Below, in pieces: positions 37,116 to 44,654 of a DNA stretch of 47,743 nucleotides. The stretch is from NCBI GenBank assembly GCA_964250365.1, contig CAXUGH010000006.1, forward strand, positions 2,157 through 49,899. The letters run 5' to 3'. The first letter of the stretch is position 1; each line of letters starts with the position of its first letter. This DNA is from an uncultured Ktedonobacteraceae bacterium (GTDB taxonomy: Bacteria > Chloroflexota > Ktedonobacteria > Ktedonobacterales > Ktedonobacteraceae). Under the pieces are notes generated by a model. That model was not told where the DNA came from, did not search any database, and worked only from the letters and a program-made list of their open reading frames with translations. Position numbers and translations under genes: made by a program.

Positions 37116-37178
37116 AATGCACCCTTTCTGTCGTTCTTTTCTTCATCTTTTCAAGGGAGCGTTTGTATTGTGTCCCCC

Positions 37179-38585
37179 TTACTCAAGAAACGCTCGTCCT
37201 AGTGGCTCCCTTACTTGTTCCCATTCATTGACATACTCTCGGTAGAGTTGTAGAAGCCGCGTTTGTAGAACCGTCTGTGATACTTCCTGTTCTCTTTGCA
37301 CACCCATATTTTCTACGATATCTGATAACGTGAGATAGTGTTGTGACATACGTTGCCAACTATCGGAAGTAGCCAGCAGCGTTTTCATTGTATTCACCTG
37401 TGCTAGCATTGCACGATAATAGAGTGCATCCTTCGGATTACGTTTCCTCTTGGAATTATCAGTAATTTGATAAGATGTTTTATCAGGTACTCCAGAAACA
37501 ACAATAGCCTGACGCCTTAGAAGGCACGAAGAGCAGTAACCACATTGCTGTAGGTAAGCTCGATGTCTGCTATCACAACTTACTGTAAAGGACGCTAGTT
37601 TTGTAAAACCTTGCGTCAATAGTTCTTTACACATCTGCGCCTTTGTCCAAGAGAGAAAAGGGTTTCGGAAAAGGAATGGTTGTCCGAGAATAGTTGACAA
37701 CAAATCGCTCATGTATACTAAAGATAACGGATGAACCGACCGTGAATGATCGAGTGCCACTTCCGATTTGCGAAACGGAAGATTAATAGCACCGACACCA
37801 TTCTCATGGATATGGAGCGTGTTCTTCTCTATATGATGAGCGCATACAGCTCCCAGTAATAGAAATACGAAGCCTCGTGAACGCATACTAGAACTGGTGC
37901 GAATGTCGTCGTTCACGCCCCTTAGAGCAAAGGGAAGTTGTAAAAGCTGTATACGTCCAGGAAACAATCCAACTAACATTTCTGAGGTCTCTCGTTGCGT
38001 TGCATTCATATAGTTATTGCTACCAGTACCGAAGAGAATGTAGTTACTCGCATTATCCTGACACAGTTGTTGATAGGCACCTGCGAAAGCATCCAGACCT
38101 CCACTCCACAGAGCCACTCGTGTCGCCTCGTTTGTTTGTGATAAAAAAGGCAAAGGATGTTGTCTCTGTGCAGTACGTGGGTGCTTCGTATATGGGAGAA
38201 ATTCAAACGTCCAAAAGTCTCCAGTAAACCAATATAAGACCTCCCTTAACTTCTCAGGAATAGATGTGTCATTTAATTTTCGATATGTCTGCAATGGAAG
38301 ACGAATCCGAATACGGCGAGGCATCTCTTTTTCTGTCCGTACCATTTTTGAGTAGTTTGTAGCGAGACGATCCACGAGATGAACAGCGATAGCGATATCG
38401 ACCAAATCCGAATGCTGAGGTGCGAGAGCTTGATAATTTAATAATGGTATCTGGCTGTCGTCTACCATGATTTGTACATCGATCACTCGATTAGCTCGAT
38501 AGTCAAATATCCTCAAACCACTCTCTTTATATTGTTCGCCAATATGCTCAAAGGTAAAATCGTAATCATATTCTTCTAGCATCAT
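37179..38585 (-). CDS. QueC-like PP-loop ATPase with N- and C-terminal extensions
   Basis: VALWSGGLDAFAG (PP-loop, cf. SGGxDS), RSRGFVFLLLGAVCAH, NPFLSWTKAQMCKEL and SCDS...CGYCSSCLLRR (Zn-Cys cluster) occur in QueC order. It is 468 aa versus about 230 aa for QueC. AGGAGGA RBS overlaps the upstream stop. Confidence 0.8.
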   Translation of the reverse strand: MMLEEYDYDFTFEHIGEQYKESGLRIFDYRANRVIDVQIMVDDSQIPLLNYQALAPQHSDLVDIAIAVHLVDRLATNYSKMVRTEKEMPRRIRIRLPLQTYRKLNDTSIPEKLREVLYWFTGDFWTFEFLPYTKHPRTAQRQHPLPFLSQTNEATRVALWSGGLDAFAGAYQQLCQDNASNYILFGTGSNNYMNATQRETSEMLVGLFPGRIQLLQLPFALRGVNDDIRTSSSMRSRGFVFLLLGAVCAHHIEKNTLHIHENGVGAINLPFRKSEVALDHSRSVHPLSLVYMSDLLSTILGQPFLFRNPFLSWTKAQMCKELLTQGFTKLASFTVSCDSRHRAYLQQCGYCSSCLLRRQAIVVSGVPDKTSYQITDNSKRKRNPKDALYYRAMLAQVNTMKTLLATSDSWQRMSQHYLTLSDIVENMGVQREQEVSQTVLQTRLLQLYREYVNEWEQVREPLGRAFLE

Positions 38586-38593
38586 AGTTCCTC

Positions 38594-39223
38594 CTATGCA
38601 CCCAGCGTTGGAATGTCCGAATCAATGGTGTAGTCCATCTTTACACGCTTTCTTCTTGGCTGTCGCGGAAGATACACTGTCTCTTTTTTGTAAATGGCCT
38701 TGACGTACTCTTGTATGCGTGCTTTGACAAATGGACGCATCATTTCTAGCTGTTCGCCAACAAATGCATCACTCGCACCGTTATAGTGAGTAGGAGTGAG
38801 AGGCACACATTCTACGAATTTAGCTTCACATATATTCGTCATATATCCCGTGAGTAGTTCTATAAAACAGTTCGTAGGCTGAACACCATTACGAATCGCC
38901 CAAAATTCTTCCTTACAAGCTCTCGCGGCTAACTCTCGTAACGGCTTATTAGCATACACTCTTGTCTTTGTATCTATGAGAGCTTCTTCTTGCTGCCAAT
39001 CGATCTTCTCAAAAAATTTTCTATCCAGAATGCTTTGTAGTTGTGTTGCGACCTCTTTCAGCATATGTATCAGCGTATCTTTGCCCCGTTTCATATCTTT
39101 CCACACATCCTCTGTTACCTTGTTAGCAAGCTCCTCGCCAGTCAATTTACCTTCACACAACTGCTTGTATGATGTATGGTATCGTCGTTCAAGATGTTCA
39201 TGTACTATGTCGCCGTCTGGCAT
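38594..39223 (-). CDS. Hypothetical helical protein, translationally coupled to the QueC-like gene
   Basis: 209 aa from ATG 39223 (AGGA 7 nt upstream). Charged, predicted helical, with a basic C-terminal patch RQPRRKRVK. No family recognised. Confidence 0.65.
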   Translation of the reverse strand: MPDGDIVHEHLERRYHTSYKQLCEGKLTGEELANKVTEDVWKDMKRGKDTLIHMLKEVATQLQSILDRKFFEKIDWQQEEALIDTKTRVYANKPLRELAARACKEEFWAIRNGVQPTNCFIELLTGYMTNICEAKFVECVPLTPTHYNGASDAFVGEQLEMMRPFVKARIQEYVKAIYKKETVYLPRQPRRKRVKMDYTIDSDIPTLGA

Positions 39224-39303
39224 ACGCATTTCCTTTTTTTCACTACCTAAAAAGAAAGAACATAAAAACAAGACACACTACAAACACAATGGCTTTAGCA
39301 AAG

Positions 39304-39332
39304 AGTATATGTCAGATAAAGAAAAATGTCAA
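39304..39332 (-). promoter_or_regulatory. Candidate sigma70-type promoter of the 8-gene island
   Basis: Minus strand: TTGACA (39332-39327), 17-nt spacer, TATACT (39309-39304), about 80 nt upstream of ATG 39223. Confidence 0.4.
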
Positions 39333-39364
39333 GTATTTTATGGATAATTTTTTGCTAAAGTGTC

Positions 39365-39387
39365 AAATTTATATGACATATAAATTT
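39365..39387. promoter_or_regulatory. 23-bp perfect palindrome (operator candidate)
   Basis: AAATTTATATG-A-CATATAAATTT has 11-bp arms around one central base. It lies in the divergent region between the island and the MFS gene and overlaps a second TTGACA hexamer. Confidence 0.35.
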
Positions 39388-39487
39388 ATCTTAGGTGTTT
39401 TGCTTGCTCCCTGTCCCTTTGACCATTGCACCGCGCCTCTCACTTGCGGTAAGGTATGAACACGTACCTACCTAGTCAGGAGTAGCA

Positions 39488-40786
39488 TTGCTTATGTCTT
39501 CGATTCCCAATACGCCTGTGCCAACTGCTCAAGGGAAGGACGCGTTGCCCAAACAATCATTTGCCTCTTCCCTTTTTCATCTGCCACGCAATGTGTATAT
39601 CCTCTACCTATTCACATTGGGCAAGGGATTCCAACTCACAATAGCACTCTTGAATATCAGCTATTATGCTCACAGCCTCGGGTATAAGCCTGATTTTATT
39701 GGCGTTCTTAACGCGGCAAGTGCTATTGGTGCCCTTGTGAGTGCTGTCCCAACGGGTCTGCTTGCTGACCGCATTGGTCGCAAACCAGTCTTGTTAGTCT
39801 CAGCCGTCCTTGCGCCGCTCTTTCTTGCCCTCACGGGTTTAGTGACAGCGGCTCCCCTGTTATTGCTTTTCAGCTTTCTACAGGGCACGGTTGCAACGGC
39901 TTACTGGGTGACGAATGTCCCTCTACTCGTTGAAAATACCACAGAGCGACAGCGCGTCGGAGTGCTAGCCTTCAATAGCTTCCTGCTGCTCGGCGTCGGC
40001 TCGCTCGGTAACTTACTAGGTGGTGCGATTCCAGAGTTTGTAGGCACCTTGCTCCATGTATCCGCCGCCAGTACTGTTCCGCTACGCTGGGGTGTTTTAG
40101 CGGCGGCTCTTATCACCACCATCTTCGGCATTCCATTGGTACTCTTGCGTGAAAAACCACGCAGTACAACACAAACAGCACAGGAGAAGCGCAATACATC
40201 GCTCAAACAGGTACCGACAAAAGAGCGTTTTCCCGTCTTACTATTCGCGCAGTTGCTGTTGCCAGACCTTCTATTCACAATGGGTGAAGGAGCGGTCGTA
40301 GGACTCATCCAACTGTTCTTTGTGCTACGCTTCCACCTGCTTCCTGGTCCATTGGGCGTAATATTCACTATATCGGGTCTCGGCGGAGGTCTATTCTCAC
40401 TCACGGCACCGCTCTTCGTGCATCGCTGGAGCAAGCTCCGCATTATCACGCTGGTACAATATCTCAGTGCGCCGCTGATGATACTGATTGGCTTCGCACC
40501 AACGCTACCACTTGCGATTGCGGGCGAATACACGCGTTCATTCATGCGTACACTAATCGACCCGATTTATACAAGCTTCGCAATGGAGAACGTTTCGGAC
40601 CAGTATAGAGGACGGTTGAGCGGCTTTTACTCGACGACATGGAGCATAGGCTTTAGCATTGGTCCTGCTATTGCAGGCTGGTTACAGACGAATGTCAGCC
40701 TCTCGACCTCGTTCCTCTTTGGTGCAGCCTGTCTTGCGATAGCCCCCAGTTTATTGCTACTCTTTTTTGGGAGGCGTAAAAGGTAG
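39488..40786 (+). CDS. MFS transporter
   Basis: About 12 TM helices and a GLLADRIGRKPVL motif (MFS loop 2-3 signature). Start is TTG 39488 (AGGAG 5 nt upstream) or ATG 39494. Confidence 0.9.
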   Translation: MLMSSIPNTPVPTAQGKDALPKQSFASSLFHLPRNVYILYLFTLGKGFQLTIALLNISYYAHSLGYKPDFIGVLNAASAIGALVSAVPTGLLADRIGRKPVLLVSAVLAPLFLALTGLVTAAPLLLLFSFLQGTVATAYWVTNVPLLVENTTERQRVGVLAFNSFLLLGVGSLGNLLGGAIPEFVGTLLHVSAASTVPLRWGVLAAALITTIFGIPLVLLREKPRSTTQTAQEKRNTSLKQVPTKERFPVLLFAQLLLPDLLFTMGEGAVVGLIQLFFVLRFHLLPGPLGVIFTISGLGGGLFSLTAPLFVHRWSKLRIITLVQYLSAPLMILIGFAPTLPLAIAGEYTRSFMRTLIDPIYTSFAMENVSDQYRGRLSGFYSTTWSIGFSIGPAIAGWLQTNVSLSTSFLFGAACLAIAPSLLLLFFGRRKR

Positions 40787-40881
40787 AAGAATGTACCAAT
40801 TGTGAGAAAATACCGTGTTTTTTTGTGAGAAACAAGATATACTACAAGAGCATCGTGATTGTTGTACTAGAGGAGTGCTTG

Positions 40882-43302
40882 ATGCGGTCGAGTGTTGCTA
40901 ATTCCAATCGCGTATCTCAACAAGAAGGTATCTCACCTTCTTTTTATCATACAAATACATTGACAACTCAACATACGGAACTGACACAAAAGGATGCGGC
41001 ACCTGCTGAGGGCTGGTTTGTCCTGGTGTTGCTGGCTATCGCGGTCTATAGTGTAACGTTTTCCGTAGTTGCTGCTAACTGGGTTGACCACAGTATGGTA
41101 CTGCTATGCAGTCCTATCGTTGGCCTATTGACTGGGCTTGTCGTAGCGAAGACGCCGCGCATGCCGCAGTCGCTTCTGCATCTTGGTGCCTGTCTGCTTG
41201 GTCACTGGCTGTCAATCTGGTTGACTAGTGTGCTTGCCTTTCATATATCGTGGCTGTTGCTATTAGGAAGCCTCCGTACTGTAATTTTTGGAGGTTTAGG
41301 CGCCACAAGCGATTTGCCGAATAACGAGATGATCATTTTTTTCTTCTATCTCTCGTTTCTCTGCTTCTTCCTGGGCTACTTTGGAAGTTGGCTGATCTAC
41401 CGCGCACATTTACCCTGGCTGGTCGCTTTTGTATACTGCTCCATCATGCTGGTCAATCTCAACTATGTCAAACAAGACCTGTTGCTCCTCTTCGTTGTGT
41501 TAGTCTGCGCCCTTCTGCTGCTGATTGCACGCACACATTTGACCTCGCAGATTACACAATGGAGGCGTGAGGGACTCTACACGGATCGAGCGTGGATGCG
41601 CGGTATCACTCTACGCTGTATGCAAGCCGCCTCTGTTCTAACGCTAGTCGTGATTCTGCTCAGTCCGCTCTTGCCCATCGTCGATCAGGCGCAGAGCGGG
41701 AAGGTGTTCTGGGATCGTCTCGACAACGTATGGACGAATATTCTTAATGGGCATGTGTCACTGCAAAATCCTGGTGCGCTCACACAAGCGTATCAGGCAC
41801 CGACAAACTTCTTTGGCAATTCGATGACAATTGCAGGTAGCGTTCACCTACCAACAGGTGAAGTTCTCAATTACACACGCTCAACGGGCGGCCCGACCTA
41901 TCTCGAAGGCTTTACGTACAATCAGTTTGACGGGCATACATGGACCTCTTCCGTCAATAATACTGAAAGCCATGCCTATGGTCCGAATACGCCTCTGCCC
42001 GTCGATGTCTCACGCAACGACGCCGTGCAGACAACTACAACGGTCACAATTGTTCAGCCGCCGGAGAGCACCAAGCATTATATCTTCGGACCCGCGCAAC
42101 CGAGCAGTTTCGATGTCGCAACAACTATATACACCGACGGCAACGGCTCAGATGAGACAACAAACATGTGGACACAGGACAGTCCATTGGTAGCAGGAGA
42201 GCGTTATCAGGTGATCTCGCTCGAACCGCCCGCTGTTGTCACCGATTCACCGTACTATAAAGATGTGCCTTTGCCCGCGGACAACACCGACTTCTGGACT
42301 CAATACAGCAACTACGATGTCTTAAAACTGCTTTATACGCAGTATCCTAAAGACCTCTCGGTGAATGAGCAAAAAACGCTAGCGCAGTGGACGCAGGGTG
42401 CGCCCAACACCTATACAACATTGAAAATGTTAGAGAGCCACCTGAGCGATCCGAATCAGTTCACCTACTCGCTCGACAACACGACGGTCCCCGGCAATGT
42501 CGATGCCGTTGACTGGCTGTTACAGACGCGAAAAGGATATTGTACCTACTATGCCAGTGCTATGAGTGTGATGGCGCGACAACTTGGTATTCCAACGCGT
42601 GTGGTAAGCGGCTTCAGTCATGGTCACTTCGACACGAAGCGCAAGGTTTGGGTTGTGCAGGGCGACGACGCGCATAGCTGGGTACAGGCATACCTACCCA
42701 CCTATGGCTGGGTGAGCTTCGACCCCACTCCTGGTTTCGCCCCAACGACTATCGCAAAGGGTTCGCAGCCACCGCCAACGGTCACACCCTCACCGACAAA
42801 GCCGGTACCAACAAAGACGCCTGTAAAGACGGTCTCGCCGCCAACAACGCATCCTAAGAGTCCAACGCACCCGACTCCTAAGAAGGGTGCCACACAAGCG
42901 TTGCCTCAAATCAATCCGTCGCTACTACTATGGCTTTCCGGTATTGTGCTAGCTCTTTCGCTACTCTTTTTCGCTGTCGCCCTCGGTCGTTACTGGTGGC
43001 GCAACTTATACGCCAATAGTACTTTTATTGCGGGCATGTACTGGCGTTTCTGTTACCTTGCGCGTTTTCTCGGCCTCGGCCCTAGAGCATGGCAGACGCC
43101 CTACGAATATAGCAACGTACTCAGCGGACAGGTGCCACAGGGCGAAGGAGCATTCCGCCACCTCACCGATCTCTTCGTGCGTGACCGTTGGGCCGCTCCC
43201 CAGCAAGCACCACTCCCCAACGAGCAAGAGACCGCAGAGCAGCTCTGGCCCAGCCTATGGCGCATAATGGGCGAACTCTTCCTCCGCAAAATCAAACGAT
43301 AG
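40882..43302 (+). CDS. TgpA-like membrane transglutaminase (N-terminal multi-TM, transglutaminase core, C-terminal TM/DUF4129-like)
   Basis: KGYCTYYASAMSVMARQLGIPTRVVSGF...DAHSWVQAY...GWVSFDPTP (Cys-His-Asp core). Pro/Thr-rich linker. ATG 40882 has GAGGAG 6 nt upstream; the ORF track starts at GTG 40825. Confidence 0.9.
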   Translation: MRSSVANSNRVSQQEGISPSFYHTNTLTTQHTELTQKDAAPAEGWFVLVLLAIAVYSVTFSVVAANWVDHSMVLLCSPIVGLLTGLVVAKTPRMPQSLLHLGACLLGHWLSIWLTSVLAFHISWLLLLGSLRTVIFGGLGATSDLPNNEMIIFFFYLSFLCFFLGYFGSWLIYRAHLPWLVAFVYCSIMLVNLNYVKQDLLLLFVVLVCALLLLIARTHLTSQITQWRREGLYTDRAWMRGITLRCMQAASVLTLVVILLSPLLPIVDQAQSGKVFWDRLDNVWTNILNGHVSLQNPGALTQAYQAPTNFFGNSMTIAGSVHLPTGEVLNYTRSTGGPTYLEGFTYNQFDGHTWTSSVNNTESHAYGPNTPLPVDVSRNDAVQTTTTVTIVQPPESTKHYIFGPAQPSSFDVATTIYTDGNGSDETTNMWTQDSPLVAGERYQVISLEPPAVVTDSPYYKDVPLPADNTDFWTQYSNYDVLKLLYTQYPKDLSVNEQKTLAQWTQGAPNTYTTLKMLESHLSDPNQFTYSLDNTTVPGNVDAVDWLLQTRKGYCTYYASAMSVMARQLGIPTRVVSGFSHGHFDTKRKVWVVQGDDAHSWVQAYLPTYGWVSFDPTPGFAPTTIAKGSQPPPTVTPSPTKPVPTKTPVKTVSPPTTHPKSPTHPTPKKGATQALPQINPSLLLWLSGIVLALSLLFFAVALGRYWWRNLYANSTFIAGMYWRFCYLARFLGLGPRAWQTPYEYSNVLSGQVPQGEGAFRHLTDLFVRDRWAAPQQAPLPNEQETAEQLWPSLWRIMGELFLRKIKR

Positions 43303-43364
43303 ATATGAACAAGCAATTGTGCTGGTGGCACGCGTGCTACCAGCACAATTGCTTGTTCATATCT
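43301..43364 (+). terminator. 64-nt near-perfect palindrome starting in the stop codon of the transglutaminase gene
   Basis: AGATATGAACAAGCAATTGTGCTGGT (43301-43326) pairs perfectly with 43339-43364. The centre GGCACGCGTGCT is itself nearly palindromic. There is no strong T-tract. Confidence 0.55.
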
Positions 43365-43501
43365 ATATATGCATTCACGGATGTATCAATACACGTTACC
43401 GTGCAATTACCCTCTCGTTTTTGTACGTAGAACGGGAAAGGGCCGTTGTCGTAAATAGAAATACATGAACTCATGTGTGGAGGATGGGAGGATACAGAGT
43501 A

Positions 43502-44617
43502 ATGCAGCTCAAACCACTGGTTACTTGTAGTTATGGATGGAAGCGCACCTTCGCGCTTTATCAAGACCGTATAGATGTAGACGGCATCATTTATTCCCTC
43601 GACGATCTCGTCCATGTGCGCTCAATATATCGCACAATATTGAACATTCCCTCGATACGTCTCGAATTGCATTTTCGTAAAAGGAACGTTGTACTGCGCG
43701 GCATCGCGGCAATTGAGGATGTCCAGAAAGTTGTCGAGTACCTCGATACATATTGCGCGGACGCTAAACGTGTGACTGCACGTCTGCGTTGGAGTCGCAA
43801 GCGACCCGCTGTAACACGAGAACAGGAATCAGGGAGACCGCAAGGGTCTCCCCTACACGTAGGAGGAGCGCGAGATGTAGAGGAGACCCTTGCGGTCTCC
43901 CTGTCTCCCGAAAAACAGATGCAGGCACTACCGCCGGATACTCCTGTGTGGCTACAAGACTTAGAACAACATGTCATTTATACGCGCAAACAACGCAACA
44001 CTCAGATGAACCGTTCTCTACGTAGGTATGGAGTCAACGTACAAGAACTCTCGCATTCTGCGGAGGAAGAAACGTTGCCCTCTGTATCTGTTCCCTTGCG
44101 TCTCTTGCCACAAGAACGGGCGCACTATTGTACGAATGCAACGTTGTGTAGAGAAGTACTCCTCACGCCTCAACGCATCACCGACACAACAGCCGATCAT
44201 GGCAAGCTCATTTTGACAAACAAACGCATCGTCTATCTTGGACGTACAGGGCAAATTGTGCTGGACTACGCACAGCTTACACACGTCGCACGACTATACA
44301 ACACTATCGTGTTTTCAGCTGATTCGGAGTCGGTACGCCACAAATTCGAGGTACAGCGGCCTCTTGAGTGTGCGATGCATCTGGATCGCATTCTCCGCCA
44401 GTTTCAACGAAGAGGAGAGCGACAAGAATTTCCTGAGTTCGAGCCAACGTTGCGCGAGCTATATGCACATTCCACACGCACAACACAGCCGCGTTACGCA
44501 ACGCACGCGCGTCAGACAGCTACTTTGCGACACATCAAACCAGCTATCGAGCTAGCCGATGTCGAAACACTCCCACTCTCTCTGCTCAACTCTGTGGGCA
44601 TGGAAGTTGTAGAGTAA
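43502..44617 (+). CDS. Hypothetical protein with two PH/GRAM-like beta-rich modules
   Basis: ATG 43502 is preceded by GGGAGGA. The N-module (RIDVDGIIYSLDDLVHVRSIY...) and C-module (GKLILTNKRIVYLGRTGQIVLDYAQLTHV...) resemble bacterial PH-like domains. The linker carries the 72-nt repeat in frame. Confidence 0.6.
   Translation: MQLKPLVTCSYGWKRTFALYQDRIDVDGIIYSLDDLVHVRSIYRTILNIPSIRLELHFRKRNVVLRGIAAIEDVQKVVEYLDTYCADAKRVTARLRWSRKRPAVTREQESGRPQGSPLHVGGARDVEETLAVSLSPEKQMQALPPDTPVWLQDLEQHVIYTRKQRNTQMNRSLRRYGVNVQELSHSAEEETLPSVSVPLRLLPQERAHYCTNATLCREVLLTPQRITDTTADHGKLILTNKRIVYLGRTGQIVLDYAQLTHVARLYNTIVFSADSESVRHKFEVQRPLECAMHLDRILRQFQRRGERQEFPEFEPTLRELYAHSTRTTQPRYATHARQTATLRHIKPAIELADVETLPLSLLNSVGMEVVE
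43832..43903. repeat. 72-nt double-hairpin dispersed repeat, copy B (inside a CDS, in frame)
   Basis: GGGAGACCGCAAGGGTCTCCCCTACACGTAGG...ATGTAGAGGAGACCCTTGCGGTCTCCCTG. The arms are inverted repeats of each other. It starts on a codon boundary and adds exactly 24 codons (GRPQGSPLHVGGARDVEETLAVSL). Confidence 0.7.
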
Positions 44618-44654
44618 AAACGTATCTGTATATTTAGGGACAGGATAGAAGACG

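Noticed and set aside
38976-39347. 123-aa + strand ORF across the start of the island's first gene and its promoter
   Set aside because: It is antisense to the RBS-supported 38594..39223 CDS, has Ser/Cys-rich low-complexity composition, and lacks a start context.
39310-39366. TGTCA motifs at 17- and 34-nt spacing as an iteron or operator array
   Set aside because: On the minus strand they are simply TTGACA/CTGACA -35-like hexamers in AT-rich DNA. Three occurrences are too few to separate a repeat array from promoter-like noise. They are kept only as context for the palindrome finding.
39901-40545. 214-aa ORF antisense to the MFS transporter gene
   Set aside because: It lies entirely within a well-supported 12-TM MFS CDS on the other strand. 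Its Arg/Ser/Pro-rich composition is typical of antisense frames in GC-richer DNA, and it has no RBS.
40825-40881. GTG 40825 start for the transglutaminase gene
   Set aside because: ATG 40882 is preceded by GAGGAG at ideal spacing, and the extra 19 residues add nothing recognisable. GTG is not excluded.
1260-43903. The two 72-nt repeats as a CRISPR array or as terminal repeats of a 42-kb mobile element
   Set aside because: There are only two copies about 42.5 kb apart, with no regular spacers and no cas genes. There are no transposase or integrase genes or target-site duplications. One copy is inside a CDS. A dispersed REP/MITE-like family is the simpler reading.
43591-44025. ORFs 43591..43977 (-) and 43789..44025 (+)
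   Set aside because: These frames are kept open largely by the palindromic repeat, with mirrored RGDPCGLP peptides. They overlap the better-supported 43502..44617 CDS.
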